DNA of 64,000 nt, from NCBI GenBank assembly GCA_018816885.1, contig JAHIUS010000053.1, forward strand, positions 10,517 to 74,516, given 5' to 3'. Every line of letters begins with the position of its first letter. The stretch's first letter is position 1. The stretch comes from Patescibacteria group bacterium. Lineage in GTDB: Bacteria > Patescibacteriota > Gracilibacteria > UBA1369 > UBA12470. Both the position numbers and the translations under genes were made by a program. A model generated the notes under the pieces. That model was not told where the DNA came from. It ran no database searches and was given only the letters and a program-made list of their open reading frames with translations. Shown here piece after piece: positions 26,265-36,664 of the stretch.

Positions 26265-27055
26265 ACAAAATTCCTATCTAAACCAGAAAGATCTTGTTTT
26301 ATTTCGAACTCTGCTCCCGGAAAATATTTTTTCATCAAATCTAAAACCTCCTCTCCCTGCAGAAACCCAAACTCTCCAAGAATATACCTGGGCTTCATCC
26401 CAAATTCATTGATCTGCTCAAACATCTCCTCATAAAGCCGCAAACCATCATCTCCTCCATACAAAGCAACATCCGGCTCATGCTCAGCCACATTATCCGC
26501 AACTAAGTTATGTCTCTCTCTCCCGATATAAGGCAAATTCGCCACAATAATGTCAAAATCCCTGTCCTTAACAGGTTCAAGCAAGTTCCCGCAAAAAAGC
26601 TCAACCTTAGCACCCAAATCCTCAATATTTTTACGCGCAACTTGACAAGCCTCCTGCGAAACCTCCGTTGCGCAAACCTCCAAATCGCTATTCAAAGCCA
26701 AAGAACATGCAATATTGCCGCATCCGGTCCCAACATCTACAACTTTTTGGCAATCCAAATCATTCACCAACTCCACAAGCGCCTCGGTCTCAGGCCGTGG
26801 AACAAGAACCCTTTTATCAACATAAAACTTAAGCCCGAAAAACTCTTTATCATTCGTAAGATAAGCAAGCGGCTCCCCCTTTTGCAAACGAACCCAAAAC
26901 CCATGAAATTTCTTCAAATCCTCGGAAGAAACCTCCTCTTCATCATGAGCAATAGCCCACTCCCTCGACTTTTCCAAGACAAACCCCAGAAGAACCTCCG
27001 CCTCTAAAAGCTTCTTATCAGCACGCGCCCCCTTCAATAAATCCGAAATCAACAT
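26252..27055 (-). CDS. prmC: release factor glutamine N5-methyltransferase
   Basis: SAM motif VVDVGTGCGNIA and substrate motif NLPY (NPPY variant); adjacent to prfA. Confidence 0.88.
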   Translation of the reverse strand: MLISDLLKGARADKKLLEAEVLLGFVLEKSREWAIAHDEEEVSSEDLKKFHGFWVRLQKGEPLAYLTNDKEFFGLKFYVDKRVLVPRPETEALVELVNDLDCQKVVDVGTGCGNIACSLALNSDLEVCATEVSQEACQVARKNIEDLGAKVELFCGNLLEPVKDRDFDIIVANLPYIGRERHNLVADNVAEHEPDVALYGGDDGLRLYEEMFEQINEFGMKPRYILGEFGFLQGEEVLDLMKKYFPGAEFEIKQDLSGLDRNFVVRL

Positions 27056-27074
27056 AAAAAGATAGAATGAAAAT

Positions 27075-27109
27075 TCTACGGTCTAGAGTCTATGGTCTAA
27101 GGTCTAATA
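27075..27109 (+). repeat. TCTAnnn x5 heptamer array (TCTACGG TCTAGAG TCTATGG TCTAAGG TCTAATA) between prmC and the S21-like gene
   Basis: Read directly; overlaps the stop of ORF 27104-27316. Confidence 0.75.
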
Positions 27110-27316
27110 ATACTTCTTCCGCGCGCGCTCATCCCTGTATTTCGCGCTTACAACAGCTTTTTCTCTCTGTTTTTTCCTATTTGGTCTCTCGCGCTCCTTG
27201 TCTCGGAATTTTCTTTCCTTGGACTGCATAAGAACACGACTTTTGGAAATAACCTTGTTGAAAAGGTTTGCAAGCCTGTCGTTAGATACTTTTTTGTGCT
27301 TTTTAACTCCTATCAT
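27104..27316 (-). CDS. rpsU: probable 30S ribosomal protein S21
   Basis: 70-aa highly basic protein; ..LANLFNKVISKSRVLMQSKERKFRDK.. parallels the S21 core ..[25 protein letters not shown].. Confidence 0.55.
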   Translation of the reverse strand: MIGVKKHKKVSNDRLANLFNKVISKSRVLMQSKERKFRDKERERPNRKKQREKAVVSAKYRDERARKKYY

Positions 27317-27371
27317 AGGTAAAATCCTCCCGGTTAATTGATAATTGCCTGGTTATTTTACAGATTGATAA

Positions 27372-27686
27372 CTAAAAGTCAAATTTTCTGCAAATTTCTT
27401 TGAAAAATTTCATAACATCATGTGAAATCGCATAAACTTCTCCTTTAGCAACTTTAAAAATACCGCAACCGGTTTCATCTTCATCATGAACATCTTCTTC
27501 AAGAATCCAATGATTACCCTTCATTTTCTGGAATAGATACGAAGCCTCCCCTTTGGCAGCATCATTCATGGCTTTCACAAGCCTTTGAAACTCCTCCAAA
27601 GTCGAAACAAATATGTCTTCCTGCTGCTCCATAGCAGTTTCAAACATCATCTCTCCATCCGCATTGTAATCACACAAAATGTCCAT
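27372..27686 (-). CDS. hypothetical small acidic protein
   Basis: 104-aa ORF with a consensus promoter 24 nt upstream; no recognisable family. Confidence 0.55.
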   Translation of the reverse strand: MDILCDYNADGEMMFETAMEQQEDIFVSTLEEFQRLVKAMNDAAKGEASYLFQKMKGNHWILEEDVHDEDETGCGIFKVAKGEVYAISHDVMKFFKEICRKFDF

Positions 27687-27709
27687 AATTAATTTTTGCT
27701 TATCCGAGT

Positions 27710-27738
27710 ATTATAACACAAAGACAGTGCCAATGCAA
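27710..27738 (-). promoter_or_regulatory. near-consensus sigma70 promoter for ORF 27372-27686
   Basis: Minus strand TTGCAT (27733-27738) - 17 nt - TATAAT (27710-27715). Confidence 0.6.
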
Positions 27739-27744
27739 GCCCCG

Positions 27745-27790
27745 CAAACACCACGCAAACACCACGCAAAAACACCACGCATACACCACG
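27745..27790. repeat. four tandem ~11-nt direct repeats CA(A/T)ACACCACG immediately upstream of the -35 box
   Basis: CAAACACCACG (27745-27755), CAAACACCACG (27756-27766), CAAAAACACCACG (27767-27779), CATACACCACG (27780-27790). Confidence 0.8.
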
Positions 27791-27823
27791 CATTCGCACT
27801 GGATACTCATTACCGAGTACTAT

Positions 27824-29734
<1,911 letters not shown>

Positions 29735-29817
29735 TTATTTATTAAAAAAAGTAAAAGACCTGGCGCATTTTAACACAGGAATTTGAAATTGAGAATTTTA
29801 TTTGAAAGCTGCCTGTA

Positions 29818-32160
29818 TTAGAAGCCATCAGCTAACCTACTTTCCATCTCGGCAACAAAATCCCCCACATAAAAAACTCCTTCAATACCATAGAGATCGA
29901 TCACCGTAACATCTGTAATCAAATCATCGGAAGCATGAACAAAAAACTCAAGCTCGAACTCCCCAACAGCAACCCCCTTCAAGTAAAAAAGATTTTCAGA
30001 AAGATCCGAAGAAACAACATTGGAAGAAGTTATATAAATCCCGTAACCGCTCAAGTAATCCGTAAGCAGAGAAATCGCCAACTGCTCGGCATAAGAAAGA
30101 TCATTTTCTTCTACCGAAGACAGGGGACTCGGAACCGGAGACTCGGAAAACTCCTCCTTCAAAAGCCCATCCGCAACCTCCGCAAGACCAAAAAGACTCA
30201 CACCTGTCGCCAAACGCACATCTCCGATTTTCAAATCATAAAAAAGCTCACCTTCTCGATCATACTTAGCCTCAAAAGCAATACCGCCTATCTTCCCTCC
30301 ATCAACATCAAATAGCCGATAACCACTGTCTCCGAGCGAAGAAACGGCGGTATAAGCAACCTCCGCACCGGAAAAAGCCGCATAAACAATGGCCTTAGCT
30401 TCCTCAAGAGTAAGATCACCCTCATCGGGACTTCCAAGATGCAGACTTTGAAGATAATCCTTAAGATTATCAATATCTTCCTTATTTCTTAAATAAGCAC
30501 CAAGTTTTCCATCAAAACTACCGCTCAAACTCGAATATTCCGTAGAATTGATAAATTCCAAAACCTGTGCAGCCTCAAAAAGTTCCGCCTCGAAATAACT
30601 CAAAATCGCAGCTCGCGAATCAATTTCGTCCATAAGAACATCCGCACTATCAAGCAAATAAAGCATAACATCTGTAGCATCTGAAACGGAAATACCGCTA
30701 ACACGAAGCAACTCTTCAATATTATTAAGAACCTTCACTTTACCGGAAACAAAAGCCTGCCGCTCCTCATCCAAATCAACCCCGCTCGCAGCAACCCTGA
30801 ATATCGCCCGCTCAAAATCATCCAAAAGATCAAAATACTGCGGATCATAAAATCCGCTCTCGCGAGTAAGCAAAACAGCAAGAAGCTCCCGCTCCTCGGA
30901 AATATCTTTCCTGAAAGCGGAAAGTTGAGAAGTCGGCATAGCAAAAAACGACAAAAAACCTCTCTCGTAAGCGGAAAAAGCCTCTTTTGCAAGGGCAATC
31001 TCCCCATCATTTGCGAGATCATACATTTCATTCAACCTTTCACGGAGAACAATAAGACTTCCCTCATCGCTATCGGAGTACAAAAGACCCCTCAAATAAT
31101 CTTTTACAAGATAAAGATCACCCCCATAAAGAGATATATTCAAAACAACATTCAAATAGTTCAAATAAGCCCTGTACTCAGCGGAAACAACACTCCCCTC
31201 ATCAAGCTCAATAAGACTCAACAATGACTCATCGGTCTCTCCCCTAACGCTTAAATAAAGCGCCTTATTAAGCTTACGCAAAGTTTCCTGCTCGGCCCAA
31301 CCGGCCTTTTTAGACTCAACAAAAGTCAAATACTGCCTGAGCTGCTCAATAAACCCCGGAAGTTCTTCCGTATAAATATCGTAATTCTGCCTAACAACAG
31401 ATTTAAAACTACTGAGAAGCCCTATATACCTACTATCGTCAATTGCCACGAAATCTCCCCAAAAATCACGATCTCTATCATCACTCAAAACATAAAAAGG
31501 ATACTCTTTTATAAGCTTCGCATAACGCAAATCCGCAACGACGGAGGAAACGCCGGAAGACTCATACTCCCCATAATAACCCTCGGGAATCAAATAACTA
31601 TTAAGAGAATTTTCTTCTTGATCCAAAAAATGCACCCTAAGCGGATGCCTATACGCATAAGCGAAAACTTCACCATCCTGCACTTCAACATAATAATACC
31701 CGTCAACATTTTGAAAAACAAAATCCCCCGCTTTCAGCATCAAATCAAGCACCCCCCCCATATTGGAAATCCACACACCTCCTTCATTAAGCTCGAGCTG
31801 AACGATATAAAATCCACTATCCGAAGTTACCTCCGATACGGAAAAAGAGCTGCCGGCCGTAAACCTCATCAGATCAATTTCATCAAAATAAACTTCGTAA
31901 TAACTGTCAGAAACTTCGTAATCTCCAATCAAAACATCTTCAGAGACAAGCACTCCATCCTCATAAATCTTAATACTACTTTCAAGAGAAACATTCGCCG
32001 CAACAGACCTTATAAAAACAACCCACATAAAAACCAAAAAAAACAGCCCCGAAAACACAAAAAACACAAAAAACCTCATAAGAAGAGAAAAATCTACATC
32101 ATTGGCACTGCTTGGAGCCAAATCATCCGCCATACTTGTTTTTGTTTTTATTTGGTTCAA
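29818..32160 (-). CDS. large hypothetical membrane-anchored protein
   Basis: N-terminal TM (FFVFFVFSGLFFLVFMWVVF), beta-rich segment then a long helical acidic region; TTG start at 32160, alternative ATG at 32133; family not recognised. Confidence 0.55.
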   Translation of the reverse strand: MNQIKTKTSMADDLAPSSANDVDFSLLMRFFVFFVFSGLFFLVFMWVVFIRSVAANVSLESSIKIYEDGVLVSEDVLIGDYEVSDSYYEVYFDEIDLMRFTAGSSFSVSEVTSDSGFYIVQLELNEGGVWISNMGGVLDLMLKAGDFVFQNVDGYYYVEVQDGEVFAYAYRHPLRVHFLDQEENSLNSYLIPEGYYGEYESSGVSSVVADLRYAKLIKEYPFYVLSDDRDRDFWGDFVAIDDSRYIGLLSSFKSVVRQNYDIYTEELPGFIEQLRQYLTFVESKKAGWAEQETLRKLNKALYLSVRGETDESLLSLIELDEGSVVSAEYRAYLNYLNVVLNISLYGGDLYLVKDYLRGLLYSDSDEGSLIVLRERLNEMYDLANDGEIALAKEAFSAYERGFLSFFAMPTSQLSAFRKDISEERELLAVLLTRESGFYDPQYFDLLDDFERAIFRVAASGVDLDEERQAFVSGKVKVLNNIEELLRVSGISVSDATDVMLYLLDSADVLMDEIDSRAAILSYFEAELFEAAQVLEFINSTEYSSLSGSFDGKLGAYLRNKEDIDNLKDYLQSLHLGSPDEGDLTLEEAKAIVYAAFSGAEVAYTAVSSLGDSGYRLFDVDGGKIGGIAFEAKYDREGELFYDLKIGDVRLATGVSLFGLAEVADGLLKEEFSESPVPSPLSSVEENDLSYAEQLAISLLTDYLSGYGIYITSSNVVSSDLSENLFYLKGVAVGEFELEFFVHASDDLITDVTVIDLYGIEGVFYVGDFVAEMESRLADGF

Positions 32161-32180
32161 AGAAGATTATAACATAAGAT
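32152..32180 (+). promoter_or_regulatory. possible sigma70-type promoter for the S41 peptidase gene
   Basis: TTGGTT (32152-32157) - 17 nt - TAAGAT (32175-32180). Confidence 0.3.
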
Positions 32181-32208
32181 ATTACCAAGATATAAATAAC
32201 AAAATAAA

Positions 32209-33885
32209 ATGAAAAGATTATTATTCCAAGTAGTATTTATCGTATTGATTCTTGTTCCGCAAATAGTGACGGCGAATTTCTTAGATGTCCCATACGGAAG
32301 CGAATATTACGATGCCATCGAATACATTAAAGAGAATGGCGGGATCGACAATAGCGAGTTTTTTTACCCTGAAGAAGAGATCACAAAAGCCGCCCTCTAC
32401 AAAATGCTCCTGGCCAATTCAGGCTTCACGCCCGGAGATGAAGAACCGAAAAATCACTTCACAGACCTGGGCGGATCGGAATGGTACGCACCTTACGCAA
32501 ATCAAGCTGTAGAAATCGGCCTTATTGACGAAGACCAAACACAATTCGACCCGGACAAAAAAATCACACGCGCACAGGCCGCAAAAATAATACTAAGATG
32601 GGGCGGAATACCTGTACCGCGCTATATCAACCCAAACGATTGGGATCTTCCATACAACGACACCAACCCACTACATATCTATGCTCCTTATATCCAAAAA
32701 ATCTACGAACTGGGCATAATGCCGGAGTACAACAGTGACTATTTCGGCACATATCGCAAACTGACTCGAGGAGATGCCGCCCTTTTAATCTATAATTTCG
32801 ATCTCTACAGCATAACTGATGAGTTCGTAATTTATCTCAACTCGGGATCAGACATCCCTCTTATAGAAACTCTGACTGATGTTTATACAAAGCTCACCGA
32901 AGACTTTTATCAGGGAGGACTTTCCGAAGATGAGCTGCTTTATACAGCAATAGAGGAAATGGTGAACTCGGCAGGCGACCCATACACCACATTTTCTGCG
33001 CCAAACGACACCACTTCAATCACAACCTTGCTCAACGGAGAGTATGAAGGAGTCGGAATTTATATAAATCAAGAAAGCGACGGAACGATCATAATAACCA
33101 GCTTACTGGCCAATTCCCCCGCCGCAGAACAAGGAATAAAGGCCAACGACATATTAATGGAAGTAGATGGCCAATCAGTAGAAGAACTGGACCTTAACGA
33201 AGCTGCAAACCTGTTAAGAGGTAAAGCGGGAACTACGGCAGTGCTTTTAATCCAAAGAGGAACCGAATTACTGGAATTCACGGTTGAAAGACGCGCACTC
33301 ACAATCACTTATATAGAATCTCAGCTTTTGGAAAACAACATCGCCTACTACAACATCACCTTTTTCGGAGAACAAACGGACGAAGAGTTCTTCGCCAAAA
33401 CACAGGAATTTCTCGAAACGGGAATCAACGGAATAATTCTGGATGTCAGAAACAACCCGGGAGGCTATGTATCCACAGCCGCAAACATACTTTCTCAATT
33501 CATAGAAGAAGGAGAGTTGATAACCACAATTTCATATAACAACGAAAACATTGAATATATCTCGGAAGGACCCGGAACACTCGGAACATATCCGGTAGTA
33601 ATAATTACAGATGAAATCTCCGCCTCAGCCTCGGAAATACTGACAGGAGCCCTCGCAGATCACAACATCGCAATAACGGTAGGAGAAACAACTTACGGAA
33701 AAGGCAGCGTCCAAGAACTGATATATTACGACGACGGCTCAATCCTGAAAATCACAGTCGCCCACTGGCTCACCCCCAACGGAACAGACATAAACGGAAT
33801 AGGAATCCAGCCGGATATCGAAATAACGGGAGAAGACGAACAACTCCAGCAAGCAATCGATACCGTTACAAGACTCATCGACTAG
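32209..33885 (+). CDS. S41 C-terminal processing peptidase with N-terminal SLH domains and PDZ domain
   Basis: Signal/TM, SLH repeats (FLDVPYGSEYYDAIEYIKENGGI.., FTDLGGSEWYAPYANQAVEIGLI..), PDZ (GVGIYINQESDGTIIITSLLANSPAAEQGIKANDIL), S41 motifs LDVRNNPGGY, SASASEIL, TYGKGSVQ. Confidence 0.88.
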   Translation: MKRLLFQVVFIVLILVPQIVTANFLDVPYGSEYYDAIEYIKENGGIDNSEFFYPEEEITKAALYKMLLANSGFTPGDEEPKNHFTDLGGSEWYAPYANQAVEIGLIDEDQTQFDPDKKITRAQAAKIILRWGGIPVPRYINPNDWDLPYNDTNPLHIYAPYIQKIYELGIMPEYNSDYFGTYRKLTRGDAALLIYNFDLYSITDEFVIYLNSGSDIPLIETLTDVYTKLTEDFYQGGLSEDELLYTAIEEMVNSAGDPYTTFSAPNDTTSITTLLNGEYEGVGIYINQESDGTIIITSLLANSPAAEQGIKANDILMEVDGQSVEELDLNEAANLLRGKAGTTAVLLIQRGTELLEFTVERRALTITYIESQLLENNIAYYNITFFGEQTDEEFFAKTQEFLETGINGIILDVRNNPGGYVSTAANILSQFIEEGELITTISYNNENIEYISEGPGTLGTYPVVIITDEISASASEILTGALADHNIAITVGETTYGKGSVQELIYYDDGSILKITVAHWLTPNGTDINGIGIQPDIEITGEDEQLQQAIDTVTRLID

Positions 33886-34276
33886 CCGTTTCCCGCCGCC
33901 AGTTTTCTTTCGTCCAAACCTTCTCAACCTGATATTGGTGTTGCAACCCCCGCATCAACATCTCGCTTCGCACAACCCCTCCCCTGTGCGGATGTCTGTG
34001 TTTTCTTTTTAAAGGAGAACAAAAACCATGAACATAATGAACAATCTCATGCCCCAAAATCCCCTCGACAACCTGACGAGGGATAATAGGATCTTTAAAC
34101 AAACCATTCATCAAAATAGTCGAAGTCTTCTTGTCCCGGCTCATCCGAATAGACCCCAGCCTGGTCCTGGAAACCCGAGAAAACTTCACTTTGACCTCGT
34201 TCGGGCGATCAATATCGGAAAAATGCTTCCCCCACATCTCCTCAAGCAAACTTGTAAGCCATTTGTCATCACGCAT
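33875..34276 (-). CDS. SprT/YgjP(DUF45)-like zinc metallopeptidase domain protein
   Basis: HExxH (GHEIVHYVHG) preceded by ..SRTRLGSIRMSRDKKTSTILMNGLF.. arrangement typical of SprT/DUF45 zincins; ATG 34276 (MRDDKW) preferred, avoiding overlap with the upstream ORF. Confidence 0.55.
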   Translation of the reverse strand: MRDDKWLTSLLEEMWGKHFSDIDRPNEVKVKFSRVSRTRLGSIRMSRDKKTSTILMNGLFKDPIIPRQVVEGILGHEIVHYVHGFCSPLKRKHRHPHRGGVVRSEMLMRGLQHQYQVEKVWTKENWRRETASR

Positions 34277-34304
34277 GGCTGTATTTAAGCATGGGAAAGA
34301 AACC

Positions 34305-36584
34305 TTAAGCAACCGGATTCTCACCTTCCTGCGACGCAGGCTCAACTTTGATTTCTTCGCTAGACACAACCTCTTGCTGAACTTCAACCTGTTCTTTTTG
34401 GGGCTCCGCTACCGCTTCGCCCTGCTGGGTACTTGAGACTTGAGACTCATTACTAATAAAAGCATCCGTATTATCAAACCCATCATCAGATACAGAAACC
34501 GGCTCAGGAGCAACCTCTTCCTCCTTAGACTCATCTTCCGCAACATCATCCAGCTTAGGACTTGGTACTTGAGACTCCTCACTAATTTCTGATTTCTCAT
34601 TTCTCATTTCTGATTTAGCTGAAAGCAATTCCTCCGGATCAGTGGTAATAATTTTATCCTCGGAATAAGAAGCAATAATCTGTATCGCCACATGCTGAAT
34701 CCCTGCGAAGAAAAGCCCCTGGCCAACCCCGCTATTCAGAAGTAAATATCTCTCCCCTTCGGTCAAATTAAACACCTTTTGCAGCATCTCAACCGCTGAA
34801 GGCGACTGCTTAAGAAGCAACTGCATAGACGAGTTCGTAATTATCGGCTTCCCGTATTCACTTTTCATAAAATCCTCAACATCCTGAGTAATAGTAGAAA
34901 CTCCGAGATAATATTTGCGAGCCCTTTTCACCAAGCCATAAAGAAATTTAGCGGAATCCTCATGCTGCATAAGCGACCACGCCTCATCAATAACCAGAAT
35001 CCTCTTTTTCATCTCACTTCTAACCCTGTTCCAGATATAAGAAAGCACAATATACATCGCAATAGGCCGGAGCTCATCCTCAAGATCTCTAATCGAGAAA
35101 ACAACAAGCCCGTTATCAAGACTCACATTTGTAGGTTTATTAAAAATCCCCGCGAAAGTACCCGAAGTGAACTTCTGAACCCTTGTCGCCATCTGCTGCG
35201 CCCCTTCAATCGAAGAAAGAACAGCATGAAAATCCTCCATAGTTGGCGGATTAAATGCAGAAGGATCGGGAGTGTCCATCGTAATACCTTTAGTCGCATA
35301 AACATCAAGTAGCGCCTTATCCAAAAGCGCCTCCTCGGAAGCAGTGATAGCTCCCATCATAAGCTTCATCAGACCTGTAAGATCAATAATTGCAGACCTG
35401 AGCAAATCACCGGGCTTCACCTCATCCCCATCAAGAGGTTTCGGCAGATCAAAAGGATTAATCCTCCTTTCACTATTCAAAGAAACATCCAAATAACTTC
35501 CTCCAACAGCATGAGCAAGAGCCTCATACTCATTTTCCGGATCAATAACAATCACATCAGACCCCATCATCAGATACCGAAGAATCTCGAGCTTAACAGC
35601 ATAAGATTTACCCGCACCCGACTTGGCGAACACGACAGAATTAGCGTTTTCAAGAGAAAACCTATCAAAAACAACAAGACCCTCATTATGCCGATTAAGC
35701 CCGTAAAGAATCCCATCATTCGAAGTCAATTCCGAAGAAATAAACGGGAAAGTACTCGAAAGTGGCGAGGTATTCATATTTTGATCAACAAGGAGCTCAT
35801 CCATACAAAGAGGAAGCGTAGAATTAAACGCATACTCCATCTGCAGATCCGCTCTTTTCGTCATCACAAGCTTACCGCCAAGCAGACTTTCAAGCTGTTT
35901 AGTTATCTTTTTAAGCTTATTAAAATCTTCCGCATAAACAGTGAAATACATCCCAAACTGAAAAAACTTCTCCTGACCTCTCTGAAGCTGAGTTCTAAGT
36001 TCCTCAGCATCCTGAAGCGCAGTTTCAAGCCCCGGATCCCGCACATTCCCCTTCTCCTGACTCATTCGGATAGAAGACTGGAACTGTGCAACTTTTCTCC
36101 TAAGAACCTTCATAATCTCAGCAGAATTGATCGGATAAATGAACTGCGAAATATCCATCGTAACCTCAAAATTCACAACCGGCGAAAGCCAATTAGTATC
36201 GATATACCTCGGGTACGCATAAACAAAATAAGTCTGAGCATAAAACCCTTCAACCTTCAAATGATCACTCGCAACCTCAAAAGATGCAGGTGCAATAAGA
36301 TCTCTGATCGAAGTAATCCCTTCCTGGTAAATCTTTTCCGTTTCCAAAATAGCATTGCGTTCATCTTGAGAAATAGATTTTTCAGAAGGCTTTTTGGAAT
36401 CATCTTTCAATGCCTCTTTTTTCTTACCAAAAAACTTGCCGAAAATAGAAGGTTTAGGCTCAGGTTTCTTACCAGTAGCGTTATCAACAAGTTGCAGATC
36501 GTCAACCACAGACTGACCACTAGCAACAGGTTGTTCACTGTTAACTGTTAACTGTTCACTAGACTTTTCTTCGTTTTCCGCCAT
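34305..36584 (-). CDS. VirB4/TrbE/TraC-like type IV secretion/conjugation ATPase homologue with low-complexity N- and C-terminal extensions
   Basis: ..ASFEVASDHLKVEGFYAQTYFVYAYPRYIDTNWL.. VirB4 N-domain; Walker A FAKSGAGKSY, Walker B RILVIDEAWSL, ..VSTITQDVEDF..; the C-terminal ~110 aa are encoded across heptamer arrays. Confidence 0.8.
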   Translation of the reverse strand: MAENEEKSSEQLTVNSEQPVASGQSVVDDLQLVDNATGKKPEPKPSIFGKFFGKKKEALKDDSKKPSEKSISQDERNAILETEKIYQEGITSIRDLIAPASFEVASDHLKVEGFYAQTYFVYAYPRYIDTNWLSPVVNFEVTMDISQFIYPINSAEIMKVLRRKVAQFQSSIRMSQEKGNVRDPGLETALQDAEELRTQLQRGQEKFFQFGMYFTVYAEDFNKLKKITKQLESLLGGKLVMTKRADLQMEYAFNSTLPLCMDELLVDQNMNTSPLSSTFPFISSELTSNDGILYGLNRHNEGLVVFDRFSLENANSVVFAKSGAGKSYAVKLEILRYLMMGSDVIVIDPENEYEALAHAVGGSYLDVSLNSERRINPFDLPKPLDGDEVKPGDLLRSAIIDLTGLMKLMMGAITASEEALLDKALLDVYATKGITMDTPDPSAFNPPTMEDFHAVLSSIEGAQQMATRVQKFTSGTFAGIFNKPTNVSLDNGLVVFSIRDLEDELRPIAMYIVLSYIWNRVRSEMKKRILVIDEAWSLMQHEDSAKFLYGLVKRARKYYLGVSTITQDVEDFMKSEYGKPIITNSSMQLLLKQSPSAVEMLQKVFNLTEGERYLLLNSGVGQGLFFAGIQHVAIQIIASYSEDKIITTDPEELLSAKSEMRNEKSEISEESQVPSPKLDDVAEDESKEEEVAPEPVSVSDDGFDNTDAFISNESQVSSTQQGEAVAEPQKEQVEVQQEVVSSEEIKVEPASQEGENPVA
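34431..34458 (+). repeat. heptamer array ACTTGAG ACTTGAG ACTCATT ACTAATA inside the 3' part of the VirB4-like ORF
   Basis: Read directly on the + strand. Confidence 0.65.
34560..34615 (+). repeat. eight-unit heptamer array (ACTTGGT ACTTGAG ACTCCTC ACTAATT TCTGATT TCTCATT TCTCATT TCTGATT) inside the 3' part of the VirB4-like ORF
   Basis: CTTGGTACT..CTCCTCACTAA resembles the leaders at 43560-43585 and 19281-19309. Confidence 0.65.
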
Positions 36585-36607
36585 AATTTTTATTTTTTTA
36601 TCATAAG

Positions 36608-36636
36608 ATTATACCAGAAATTTCCCCGAGAAGCAA
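36608..36636 (-). promoter_or_regulatory. sigma70-type promoter for the VirB4-like gene
   Basis: Minus strand TTGCTT (36631-36636) - 17 nt - TATAAT (36608-36613) with upstream TGG, 24 nt before ATG 36584. Confidence 0.6.
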
Positions 36637-36664
36637 CCTGGGGAAACCACATATCGCAGATAGG

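Noticed and set aside
27745-27790. Tandem 11-nt repeats near gyrB as a replication origin or a CRISPR array.
   Set aside because: I found no DnaA-box-like 9-mers (TTATCCACA or its reverse complement) and no dnaA/dnaN context. The units are far too short and lack spacers, so this is not a CRISPR array. It was kept only as a promoter-proximal repeat array.
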